Shown: piece after piece, positions 20,740 to 30,189 of the stretch
Position numbering within the stretch: position 1 is the stretch's first letter
Layout of the letters: every line of letters starts with the position of its first letter
NCBI GenBank assembly: GCA_965209155.1
Contig: OZ242383.1
Span: forward strand, 3,872,001 to 3,936,000
DNA length: 64,000 bases
Direction of reading: 5' to 3'
DNA from: a bacterium
Lineage (GTDB): Bacteria > SAR324 > NAC60-12
Notes under the pieces: model-generated
Database searches by the model: none
What the model was told of the DNA's origin: nothing
The model's input: the letters and a program-made list of their open reading frames with translations, nothing else
Translations under genes and position numbers: made by a program

Positions 20740-20982
20740 ATGCAAACACTGACGACCAGCGAAGCCAGATCAAATTTATCCCGTATTCTTGATGAAGTAG
20801 CGAATTCGCATACTCCCATAACGATTACAGGCAAAAGGGCAAATGGAGTTTTGGTTTCAGAAGAAGATTGGAACGCGATTCAAGAAACTTTATATCTAAT
20901 TTCTATTCCAGGTATGCGTGAGTCAATAAAAGAAGGACTGAAAACCCCCATTGATAAATGTTCAAATGAGTTGAGCTGGTGA
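20740..20982 (+). CDS. yefM: Phd/YefM family antitoxin
   Basis: SEARSNL, PITITGKRANGVLVSEEDWNAIQETLYLISIPGMRESI; RBS AGGAGG. Confidence 0.9.
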   Translation: MQTLTTSEARSNLSRILDEVANSHTPITITGKRANGVLVSEEDWNAIQETLYLISIPGMRESIKEGLKTPIDKCSNELSW

Positions 20983-21240
20983 ACTGGAAAGTTTTCTATA
21001 CAAAGCAAGCTCAAAGGGATGCAAAAAAATAGCCAAGGCCGGACTCAAAGAAAAAGCTCAAAATCTCATTGAAATCCTACAAGAGAATCCTTACCAAAAT
21101 CCGCCTGCCTTTGAAAAATTGATTGGAAATCTTGATGGGGCATATTCAAGACGTATTAATTTTCAACATCGTCTCGTTTACCAAATCGTAAAGAGAAAAA
21201 AATATGTCAAAGTGATTAGAATGTGGACCATTATGAATAG
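20979..21240 (+). pseudogene. yoeB: Txe/YoeB toxin with two single-base frameshifts
   Basis: VNWKVFYTKQAQRDAKK stops at 21030 after an A7 run; the shifted frame gives NPYQNPPAFEKLIGNLDGAYSRRINFQHRLVYQ; the terminal MWTHYE* also needs one extra base. Confidence 0.8.
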
Positions 21241-21354
21241 AAATCTCCAACGTAAAACGGTCGAATAAAAGGTAAACTCTTGCGCATTGCGTCATGTTGT
21301 GAAAGAAGAATTATATGAAAAAAAATTATCATGTAAATAATTTTGAATCAGAAA

Positions 21355-21879
21355 ATGAAATTTGAAGACATAGATTGGGAAAGCTGGCAACCTGAAGACA
21401 TGGCCACTTTGCTATTTATCATTGTGGATGATCATATTCTGATGATTCATAAAAAGGTCGGTTTGGGTGCCGGAAAAATCAATGGTCCCGGAGGACGGTT
21501 GGAGCCAGGAGAAACTCCTTACGAGGCAGCAATCAGGGAAGTGCAAGAAGAAATATGTATAACTCCTTGCGGAGTCACGCAAGTGGGGGAGTTGCGCTTT
21601 CAATTCATGGATGGTTACTCGATTCATGGGTTCGTATTCAAAGCAAATGGTTTTATGGGAGAATTACAGGAAACGGAAGAAGCCATCCCTATTTGGTTTC
21701 CCACAGACCAGCTACCTTATGAAAAGATGTGGGCTGATGATCGGCTTTGGATGCCCTTGTTACTGACAGGAAAATCTTTCGATGGCCGTTTTTTGTTTGA
21801 CAAAGAGGATATGCTGGGACACCGGGTAGCGATACTCGACCAGACGTTATACCGGACTTCTACAGCAAATTTTTGTTGA
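21355..21879 (+). CDS. NUDIX hydrolase, 8-oxo-dGTP diphosphatase (MTH1-like)
   Basis: KKVGLGAGKINGPGGRLEPGETPYEAAIREVQEE, LPYEKMWADD. Confidence 0.88.
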   Translation: MKFEDIDWESWQPEDMATLLFIIVDDHILMIHKKVGLGAGKINGPGGRLEPGETPYEAAIREVQEEICITPCGVTQVGELRFQFMDGYSIHGFVFKANGFMGELQETEEAIPIWFPTDQLPYEKMWADDRLWMPLLLTGKSFDGRFLFDKEDMLGHRVAILDQTLYRTSTANFC

Positions 21880-21936
21880 CATTCAAAGGTAATTTCTGGA
21901 ATATTGCCAACACTCCATTACCTGAGAGAGACGTCT

Positions 21937-23376
21937 ATGAATTCAATACCTGAAGGTTTGATTATAGTCAGTAAACGGGATTGTCCGACCTGTACCTTGA
22001 TCGAACCGGTTTATCACCAGTTGGCCTCTGACAAGACACCATTGACCATTTTTACCCAAGACGACCCCGCTTTTCCTGCCGGAATAGATTGCGTAGTGGC
22101 CGATAGCACATTGGAACATTCTTTTCGTCTGAATATCGAGACGGTTCCTACCTTGATTCGGGTGGATCAAGGACGTGAAGTAGAACGGTTGGTGGGGTGG
22201 CACAAGGCCGAATGGCAGGCCTTCACCGGAAATTCCTCGCTTGGGGAAGGTCTACCCGACTTTCGCGCAGGATGTGGTTCCTTGAGCGTGGAACCCGGTA
22301 TTGCGGACGAACTCGCCTTGCGTTTTGGTGAAACCAAGATGAATGCTCGCAGGATTACGGTTTCCGTTTTGGAAGATGAAATGGAGGCTTGTTTTGACCG
22401 GGGATGGTGCGATGGTTTGCCGGTTATTCCACCCACCGAAATTCGAGTGTATCGCATGCTACAAGGCACGACACGGGGACCCGATGAAGTAGTGGGAGTT
22501 ATCCCTCCCAACCGGATTCCTTGCACTGTGGAAAAAGTGGCGATCAATGCGGTATTGGCAGGTTGCAAACCAGAATACATGCCTGTCGTTCTGACAGCAG
22601 TGGAAGCGGCTTGCATGGAAGAATTTTGTATGCATGGGTTGTTGTGTACCACATATTTTTCCGGTCCCGTTGTGATTGTCAGTGGACCTGTTGCCAAAGC
22701 GATTGGCATGAATTCGGGAATCAATGCCCTGGGCCAAGGGAATCGTGCCAATGCGACGATCGGAAGGGCGCTTCAATTGGTCATTCGTAATGTGGGAGGG
22801 GGAAGACCTGGAAAAATTGACCGCGCCGCATTAGGAAATCCGGGGAAATTCACCTTTTGTTTTGCCGAAAATCTGGAAGGGAGCGCTTGGGATTCACTTT
22901 CGGAAGAACGAGGATTTGAAGAAGGGGCTTCCACCGTAACTCTTTTTGCTGGCGACGGCGTTCAAGGAGTGATGGATCAACTTTCCCGTCAGCCTGAATC
23001 ACTGGCCTTGTCATTGGCGCATTCACTGCGAACTGTCGTGAACTACAAACTGGCAATGTCGGCCGATGCATTTCTGGTCATTTCTCCTGAGCACAGTCGG
23101 GTATTCGAGCAAGCAGGATGGAGCAAGACCAGAGTAAAAGAAGAAATCAATCAATTGCTTCAGCTTCCCGGTAGCGAAACGATTCGGGGGGTTGGAGGAA
23201 ATTCAGAAGGAATGCCAGAGCGATTTGTAAGCCAGGTGATTCCTAAATTCAGACCAGGGGGTCTGAACATTGTTCGTGCCGGAGGCAAGGCAGGCCTATT
23301 TTCCGCCATCATAGGTGGATGGGTGGCAAGCGGACCCAAAGGCAGTACACCCGTCACCAAGGAGATTTTACTATGA
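21937..23376 (+). CDS. Thioredoxin-fold (CPTC) domain fused to an uncharacterised domain; partner of the UGSC selenoprotein
   Basis: KRDCPTC, ETVPTLI (cis-Pro loop), GWCDGLPVIPPT, TVEKVAINAVLAGC, GNRANATIGRAL; stop overlaps the next ATG. Confidence 0.8.
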   Translation: MNSIPEGLIIVSKRDCPTCTLIEPVYHQLASDKTPLTIFTQDDPAFPAGIDCVVADSTLEHSFRLNIETVPTLIRVDQGREVERLVGWHKAEWQAFTGNSSLGEGLPDFRAGCGSLSVEPGIADELALRFGETKMNARRITVSVLEDEMEACFDRGWCDGLPVIPPTEIRVYRMLQGTTRGPDEVVGVIPPNRIPCTVEKVAINAVLAGCKPEYMPVVLTAVEAACMEEFCMHGLLCTTYFSGPVVIVSGPVAKAIGMNSGINALGQGNRANATIGRALQLVIRNVGGGRPGKIDRAALGNPGKFTFCFAENLEGSAWDSLSEERGFEEGASTVTLFAGDGVQGVMDQLSRQPESLALSLAHSLRTVVNYKLAMSADAFLVISPEHSRVFEQAGWSKTRVKEEINQLLQLPGSETIRGVGGNSEGMPERFVSQVIPKFRPGGLNIVRAGGKAGLFSAIIGGWVASGPKGSTPVTKEILL

Positions 23377-23906
23377 CTGCAAAACGAATATTCCTCGATC
23401 CCACATCAGAGCATACGCCTGCCAAGCAGGATCGCCTTGTTCGTCCGACTTCATTGAAAGGCTTGACGATTGGATTGTTGGACATTTCCAAAGCGAAAGG
23501 AAATGTTTTTTTAGATCAAGTGGAATTGCAGTTGAATGAACGAGGATTAAAAGTCAAACGTTATCAAAAACCTACCTTTGCACGCATTGCACCTGATGAG
23601 ATCAAACAATCGATCACGGCGGAATGCGACGTGATTGTGGAAGCCTTAGCCGATTGAGGTTCTTGTACATCGTGTAGTGTACACGATATTGTCGATTTGG
23701 AAAAGCGTGGTATCCCAGGGGTATTTATCGCATCGACTGAATTTGAAGACGCCGCTGTCAGCCAAGCTTCCGCATTGGGACGCGATCCGGCGGTGGTTTT
23801 AGTTCCGCATCCCATCCAGGATCGTAGTGATGAAGAGGTTCGGGTACTTGCCAATAATGCTATTGAACCCATCCTGGCATCGATCAGCGCTCAACCTACA
23901 CTATAA
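23373..23906 (+). CDS. UGSC-family selenoprotein, 177 aa, Sec at codon 95 (TGA 23655-23657)
   Basis: Two same-frame ORFs joined by one TGA reading EALAD-U-GSCTSCSVHD..EKRGIP; RBS AAGGAG; SECIS-like hairpin downstream. Confidence 0.88.
23669..23687 (+). promoter_or_regulatory. Bacterial SECIS-like hairpin
   Basis: ATCGTGTA-GTG-TACACGAT, a perfect 8-bp stem with a G-first loop starting 19 nt after the TGA. Confidence 0.75.
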
Positions 23907-23922
23907 ATAAAGGAGAATACGG

Positions 23923-24393
23923 ATGTCGCTCGAAAAAGCTTTACAAGACTTGACGGACAAAATCGGAACGGAAACGCGAGTCAGTGATTGGGTGGAAGTT
24001 ACACAGGAACGGGTCAATCGATTTGCCGATGCCACCGGAGATCATCAATGGATCCATGTGGACGTGGAACGCGCGAAAAAGGAATCACCATTCGGTACAA
24101 CAATAGCCCATGGATATTTTACGCTCTCTCTTCTTCCTTTTCTTGCAGGTGTGGGGGAACAAGTCCATGCGGACTACGGAGTGAAAATGGGAGTTAATTA
24201 TGGGTGCAACCGGCTACGGTTCCCCCACCCGGTTCCAGTGGGTTCCAAAGTACGTTTGCGAACGATACTGAAAAGTGTCGAAGCCGTTGAAGGCCAAAAT
24301 GCCCTGCACCTGATCCAAGAAAATACTATTGAAATCGAAGGGGCCGTAAAACCGGCCTGCGTGGTTGAATCCATTTCACGTATGTATTTCTGA
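23923..24393 (+). CDS. MaoC-family (hot-dog fold) dehydratase
   Basis: FADATGDHQWIHVD, TIAHG, NYGCNRLRFPHPVPVGS. Confidence 0.92.
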   Translation: MSLEKALQDLTDKIGTETRVSDWVEVTQERVNRFADATGDHQWIHVDVERAKKESPFGTTIAHGYFTLSLLPFLAGVGEQVHADYGVKMGVNYGCNRLRFPHPVPVGSKVRLRTILKSVEAVEGQNALHLIQENTIEIEGAVKPACVVESISRMYF

Positions 24394-24418
24394 GAGATCG
24401 TCTTTTCTTCGAGAGAAA

Positions 24419-25330
24419 ATGCGAATATCCGTTTTTTTCACTTTCTTTCTCTTGACGAATTCCCTGTTATTCTTCGAATTACAAGGAGCAGATACAAAAT
24501 CATCAATCTCCTCGTACCAGTGTCCGCAATCTCCTCCAAATCATGGGTCTGTGGGTTTTGAAAAGACCTACCAAAATATGCCCTTCCAAGTCGGAGAAAA
24601 AGCGGTTTACAAGATTTGGTTTATCGGCCTGCTGGCAGGCCACTTCGTGATGGAGGTGAAAAAGCCAGTCAAACGCAATGGTATCTGGTACATGCATTTT
24701 TTTTCCGAATTGAAGTCAGACAGGTCTTACGAAAGCTTTTTTCGAGTCAATGATTCGATGATTTCTTATTCCGACCCGGTTGATTTTCGAATCTCCAAAT
24801 TTACATTCAAACAGGATGAATGGAGTTTGATTTCCGACCATGTCCGCCAGATCAAACACCTGGAATTCGATCACGAAAACTGCCGGGTGCGGGAACTGGT
24901 ATACATCAACGAGAAGGAAACTCAGAAGCAGGAATTCGAATTGCATTACGGAGCGAAAGACAGCCTGGGAATGATTTATTATTTACGCTCTCTCTCCTAT
25001 AAAGTGGGCAGGCAGGAACGTACTCTGGTCTACTCTTCCAAAAAGAACTGGTGGTTGGAAGCCACTCCGGTGGCAAAAGAAACGATTGCAATTTCAGCAG
25101 GAAAATTCAATACCATTAAATTGAAGTTATTGACTTACATCGGCATGGACTTGCAACAGCAAGGAGACCTTTATATTTGGATTGCCGAAACCCGGAACCG
25201 ACCCGTCGTGAAAATTCAAGGGAAGCTGGCTATTGGTAGTCTCTTGTTCGAACTAATGGAATATCAAGAAGGGAGGGAACTGGAAATTTCCGAATCTGAA
25301 GAAGTATTAACTGAGGAAAACGTCAATTGA
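24419..25330 (+). CDS. Exported protein, probably DUF3108 family
   Basis: Signal peptide, PFQVGEKAVYKI, ETIAISAGKFNTIK, IWI..RPVVKI. Confidence 0.65.
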   Translation: MRISVFFTFFLLTNSLLFFELQGADTKSSISSYQCPQSPPNHGSVGFEKTYQNMPFQVGEKAVYKIWFIGLLAGHFVMEVKKPVKRNGIWYMHFFSELKSDRSYESFFRVNDSMISYSDPVDFRISKFTFKQDEWSLISDHVRQIKHLEFDHENCRVRELVYINEKETQKQEFELHYGAKDSLGMIYYLRSLSYKVGRQERTLVYSSKKNWWLEATPVAKETIAISAGKFNTIKLKLLTYIGMDLQQQGDLYIWIAETRNRPVVKIQGKLAIGSLLFELMEYQEGRELEISESEEVLTEENVN

Positions 25331-28300
25331 GGAACCGAGTTTTCAATATCTCCTCAAAATTTGAATTTCTCAGTCGCTCGCAATCGGATTCGGTCACATA
25401 AAAATAATCATTGACGTGGGTTCCAGTCGTGGTAATCAGAGTCTGTTGAACAGCTACCCCAACCTGGTCAAAAGCCTCCGATAACTTGTAAAATAAAAGT
25501 GGAGCATCCTGAGTGGTTATTTTCACTACCCGGAAATCCCGGTTTTGTCGGGTGAAATTACCATTTTGTTGGACAACCTCATAACCTTTGTTATCATTTT
25601 CCAGGAATTCCAAATGCAATTTAGACTGGTACAATACCCGAGTCAAGGGTTCATGGTCAAGAACAGGTAGAGTTCCAGTGGAGATGTTTTCTTCCAGTTT
25701 TTTGGCAAATACCATATTCTGGGTGATTCCGTTCGCTTCAAAGTAATAACAATAAGCCACTCGTCCATCTTCAAACAAGATCTTGTTCATTTTCGCCATA
25801 CGAATGTTGATATTTTGAATGCTCATTCCATAGGCGACCCGATGGAGGATTTTTGGCCGGTTGTGGACAAAAATCAGGGTGCCAACGACCTTGCCATGTG
25901 GAGTGACCACGGTACTGAAGATGGAACGCTTTTCAAATTCGGCAAACTCTAAGACTTTTTGCCACAACACGTCCGGAGATTGACCCAGCAAATAACGATT
26001 GGGAAAAGTAGTGAAGAACCAGTTGAAGATGGGTTGAATATCCTCTGTTAGTTTGAGTAGAGTTTCCCCGCTTACATATTGGTTGATGCTTCGAGTCAAT
26101 TTTTCCGTATACTGCTCGACCCCTTTTTCATCCAGGCTGCCCATTTTCAGGTAGCGCCAGTATAATTCCCAATCCTTTTTTACGACCTGCAATCGTTCGT
26201 ATTCTCTGGAATTGATCTTTGAAAGCGGTTCTATGAGAGCTTGATTCAAACCTTCATTGAGACTTCGATGAATCAACATGTTGATGCGGGTGGCGGATTC
26301 CAGGGATTTTTTTTGATTGTCTAAATAAATATTGATCAATTCAATGGGATTTTTCGTTTCAGAGGACATGCGGATCTCAATGTACGCATGATAAGCTTCG
26401 TTAAAAAACGTTCGCAAATTTTTTGTGTCTTTGGCAGTGGATTCACTAACAGCGCTGTAATCAGAAATGTTTATGAGGAAAAGAAGGATCATACGGATTA
26501 AATCACGATCTGCCATTTCAAAAGAACGTTGCAGGGCTTGATCGAAATAGGTGGAGGTTTTGCTCAATTCCACGAAGGTCATATGATGAAATATCAAAAG
26601 ACTGACCAGGTTGAACAACTCTTCGTCTTGATAGCCCAGTCGTTCCAATGCATGTACGGCAATACTGGTACCGGATTCCTGGTGTTTTGTTTTGGGGTCG
26701 ATTTTTCCGACATCGTGAAATAATATACCCCACTTGAGCGCGAGCAGGTGTTTCGGTCGCAGGAAATGAAACAAGTCCGTGTAATTTTTTTTCAGATATT
26801 CGAGTTCTATGCGCGAATTTTCCAATGCCTTCAGCGTATGTTCGCAGACAGTGTATTGATGGTAATTCAAGTTACGCAGTAAAAAACGCATCTGATTGCA
26901 TTCTGGAATAAAGCGTCCAATCAAAGTGTCGGTTTCTGCGGCCGCATGGGAAGGGTCGTAAATTTCAAACATTGTGCGCAGGGCTTGAGCGACATGGGGA
27001 GAAAGCATGATCTTGGTAAAGCGATCCTGTATTTCAAATCGATGGGCTTCAATGACTTCCGCAGTAATCGTGTGAACGACATTCGACATTTCATCTTTGA
27101 GTTCGCTTGATAGACAGTATCCGGAATTGCCGATATATATGAACAGGTCCAGCAACATGGTAGGATTGCTGAAAACGAGGGATAGCGGGATTTGCGGCAA
27201 CCCTTCAATCGCTCGGATTTCTATTATACGTTGTTGTCTCAGATTGACAGTTGCTTGAAAATTAGAAAATGTGCGTACTATATTGCGATCCAGCAAATTA
27301 TTGAGGATCATTTCTGACAATTCCTGTACTTTAAAAACAATGCGCAAGCGAAAACGGTCGAATTCATCGAAATTTTTAAATCGATTTTTCTTCAGTAAAT
27401 ACAATTTTTCCAGATTGTCGGAAATCACATTACTTTGCCAATCCTCCGGGCGAATGCCTGCGCTCTTGGCTTCTTCATCGTAATAAAATTTCTCAGTAGC
27501 TCCCACAAAATTCCGTAAATCGTACAACAACTCCAATGCCTGGGACAGTTCTAATGTTTGTCGTGGCGAAAGAATGTGTTTTTCAATCAATAAGGCCAGC
27601 AATTCAGCAGTTTGACTGGAAAAGATACCTAAAGTAGCCGCCGCAATCCAAAGTGGAATTTGTAAGGTGCGTAATCCTCCGAACTCCTCTTTGAGGTCCA
27701 TTTTATTTAACTCGGGTCGGTCTGCGGACTGGTAAGTATGAAGTTTACTGAGTACGTAGGACTCATAAGGTAGGAATTCAAAGAAACGCTGTTTCAAACG
27801 CACCATCAATTCGTCATTACCCAACAAGCTCCGACTTTCTAGAATAGAAGGAATGGTATGCAGCGTCTCCGGTTGGGTAAAGCGTGACAAATCTTCATCG
27901 ATTTCAAAATATTGATGGGCTGTTTCGATACCAGTTTGATTGAGTAAATATTCGAGGCGGATGATGAATTGCTTGAGTAATTCAAATTCTCCCACATTGA
28001 GGCGTTGAGGGTTCAAACAATATCCCACGTCTCGGTCCGATGAAAAGCTCAGTTCTCCTCGTCCATATCCTCCCCTGGCAAAAATAACCATGCATTCCAG
28101 AATGTGTTGCGGGTCCAGATACCATTTCTGAAGCAAAGTCAATTGTTCCTGCAACTGTTTGATTTTTTGACGATACTCTTCAATTTCCTCTTCCAGGTTC
28201 CTATGAATTTCCTGGTAATAGACTCGCTCAGAGATGTTTCCATGTTCTTCCGGAACGGTGTCCAGGTGACTCGCCAGGATAGAAAGTTTTTCTTCTTTTT

Positions 28301-28715
28301 CGGGGAGGACACGTTTTTTGAATGCCAGTTCTTTTTGCGATTCAATGACTTGAATGTCTTTCAGAATCGGCAAGTCATCGAGAGTAAAATCAAAGGCAAC
28401 GTGGATGATGCTATCCATCAGATGCGCATTTTGGGTTAAAATTTCAAAAGAATGTACAGCTTCTAAATTGGCTTTCGCGATTTTTTTTGTTTGCTCTTCA
28501 AAATAGGAAGATACGACTTGTCGGAAGATTTTTTCTCTTTCAACAATATAGGTGTTCGTCTGAGATCCTTCACACTGTGGTTGCACTCCAGGCAGTTCGC
28601 TTTTCAGGAGGTGTTTCAGCGCATTGATGTGGTTGTCCCTCAATTCTGTTTGTTCCATCAGGCAGAATTGCCGTAGAAAAGGATAGAGTTCAACAGGCGC
28701 GTATAAATTATTCAC
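25323..28715 (-). CDS. glnD: Enlarged GlnD-like [protein-PII] uridylyltransferase/uridylyl-removing enzyme (1130 aa)
   Basis: ARGGYGRGELSFSSDRD, MDLKEEFGGLR, YHQYTVCEH, LFHDVGK, C-terminal ACT-like NDYFYV; GTG start after RBS AAAGGA. Confidence 0.72.
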   Translation of the reverse strand: MNNLYAPVELYPFLRQFCLMEQTELRDNHINALKHLLKSELPGVQPQCEGSQTNTYIVEREKIFRQVVSSYFEEQTKKIAKANLEAVHSFEILTQNAHLMDSIIHVAFDFTLDDLPILKDIQVIESQKELAFKKRVLPEKEEKLSILASHLDTVPEEHGNISERVYYQEIHRNLEEEIEEYRQKIKQLQEQLTLLQKWYLDPQHILECMVIFARGGYGRGELSFSSDRDVGYCLNPQRLNVGEFELLKQFIIRLEYLLNQTGIETAHQYFEIDEDLSRFTQPETLHTIPSILESRSLLGNDELMVRLKQRFFEFLPYESYVLSKLHTYQSADRPELNKMDLKEEFGGLRTLQIPLWIAAATLGIFSSQTAELLALLIEKHILSPRQTLELSQALELLYDLRNFVGATEKFYYDEEAKSAGIRPEDWQSNVISDNLEKLYLLKKNRFKNFDEFDRFRLRIVFKVQELSEMILNNLLDRNIVRTFSNFQATVNLRQQRIIEIRAIEGLPQIPLSLVFSNPTMLLDLFIYIGNSGYCLSSELKDEMSNVVHTITAEVIEAHRFEIQDRFTKIMLSPHVAQALRTMFEIYDPSHAAAETDTLIGRFIPECNQMRFLLRNLNYHQYTVCEHTLKALENSRIELEYLKKNYTDLFHFLRPKHLLALKWGILFHDVGKIDPKTKHQESGTSIAVHALERLGYQDEELFNLVSLLIFHHMTFVELSKTSTYFDQALQRSFEMADRDLIRMILLFLINISDYSAVSESTAKDTKNLRTFFNEAYHAYIEIRMSSETKNPIELINIYLDNQKKSLESATRINMLIHRSLNEGLNQALIEPLSKINSREYERLQVVKKDWELYWRYLKMGSLDEKGVEQYTEKLTRSINQYVSGETLLKLTEDIQPIFNWFFTTFPNRYLLGQSPDVLWQKVLEFAEFEKRSIFSTVVTPHGKVVGTLIFVHNRPKILHRVAYGMSIQNINIRMAKMNKILFEDGRVAYCYYFEANGITQNMVFAKKLEENISTGTLPVLDHEPLTRVLYQSKLHLEFLENDNKGYEVVQQNGNFTRQNRDFRVVKITTQDAPLLFYKLSEAFDQVGVAVQQTLITTTGTHVNDYFYVTESDCERLRNSNFEEILKTRFLN

Positions 28716-29091
28716 TGAATTTTCCTTTGAGGACAGTGGAGAAAATTCGAATTTTTTGATAAATACGATTGTGGGAAATAAAAAAATATGAGAGAGAAAT
28801 TCAAAAAATGCATTCTGGAGATTCGATGGATTATAGCATATAATTATTTCAATAGAAATTGAATCCATGTTGTTGTCGGGAACATATCCTATTTGAAACA
28901 AACCATTTCTCAGGAGTGATAAATGGGAGCTAAAAATTTCAAATTTCAAAAAGGATTGGAAGAAGGAGATTTGAGCCTGGATGACCTCGATGCGAGTGGA
29001 AGGCGGTACGGGTGTTGGATCGACAAAAAAAAGAAGAAATCTGCAAACCTCCAGTCGAATTTAGTGAAATTCAATGGCCCCGAGTCTGAAA

Positions 29092-30189
29092 CTACAGACT
29101 GCGCTCTCTTTCCCGAGAAGCGATATCGTGAAGAAAACATCGCGCGAGGTGCCCTGGGTTGATTTGAAAAAAAGGCGGATGCTGCACGGCACAACGTGCT
29201 TCGCGAAAATCACATCGTTCGTAAAATCGACATCCGTCCGGCAAGTTATCAAGGGGTGGTACGTTGCCAGGAATAGGAGTCAATTTTCCCTCAATATTCT
29301 TATCCACTTGCACTTGTTGAAAGTCCTCACAAGATTGAACATCTAAAACTGTGGAAGGACGTGATCGTTGCAGAGCTTTTGTATAAGGATGAGCCGGGGA
29401 CGCAAACAATTCTTCCGTGGTTGCTGATTCGACTATTTCTCCTGCATACATGACCAGAATTCGATCTGCCAGATATCCAACGACATCCAAGTCATGAGAA
29501 ATGAAAAGCAACGCCATCTGAGATTCGTTTCGTAATTCTTTCAGTTGTTCCAGGATTTGCGCTTGGATAGTGACATCCAAGGCAGTGGTGGGTTCGTCAG
29601 CAATGAGCAGTTGAGGATTGCAGGCCAAAGCCATAGCAATCATTACCCGTTGTCGCATTCCTCCTGAGAGTTGATGGGGATAGTTTTTCACGCATTGCTC
29701 CGGGGAAGGAATCCCTACTTTCTCCAGCAACTCAATAATTCGCTGTGTCTCGCTTATGCGAGGAGCACGCTTTACTGAAAGAGCGATGCTGTTTTTTCGA
29801 AAATGCGCCCTGAGGACTTCCCGGATCTGGTCGCCTACCCGCAAGACGGGATTCAATGCCGTCATCGGTTCTTGAAAAATCATGGAAATTTCCTCACCTC
29901 GAATTTTCCGCATCTGCTTTTTTGTGCACTGAGACAGGTCACGCCCATTCCAACGAATTTCTCCTTCCATATGCAAGAGAGGGGGAGACGGTATCAACTT
30001 CATGATGGAAAGCGCAGTCATTGATTTGCCACATCCGGATTCACCCACAATCCCCAAAGCAGCACCATCATCGATGGAAAAGGTAATCTTATCCAGTATT
30101 CGGACTCCGTAATTTTTAACGGAATCGGCGTGTCCGGGCGATGAATTGGAAGAAAGAAAAAGACTGAGGTTTTGGACATGCAGGCTCAT
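29092..30189 (-). CDS. Oligopeptide/dipeptide ABC transporter ATP-binding protein (OppD/DppD)
   Basis: GESGCGKS, YPHQLSGGMRQR, LIADEPTTALD, C-terminal CRF..RC..C..C. Confidence 0.95.
   Translation of the reverse strand: MSLHVQNLSLFLSSNSSPGHADSVKNYGVRILDKITFSIDDGAALGIVGESGCGKSMTALSIMKLIPSPPLLHMEGEIRWNGRDLSQCTKKQMRKIRGEEISMIFQEPMTALNPVLRVGDQIREVLRAHFRKNSIALSVKRAPRISETQRIIELLEKVGIPSPEQCVKNYPHQLSGGMRQRVMIAMALACNPQLLIADEPTTALDVTIQAQILEQLKELRNESQMALLFISHDLDVVGYLADRILVMYAGEIVESATTEELFASPAHPYTKALQRSRPSTVLDVQSCEDFQQVQVDKNIEGKLTPIPGNVPPLDNLPDGCRFYERCDFREARCAVQHPPFFQINPGHLARCFLHDIASRERERSL

Noticed and set aside
28716..28949. N-terminal extension of the GlnD-like ORF
   Set aside because: AT-rich, Phe/Ile-rich translation typical of intergenic DNA; a GTG with an RBS lies at 28715
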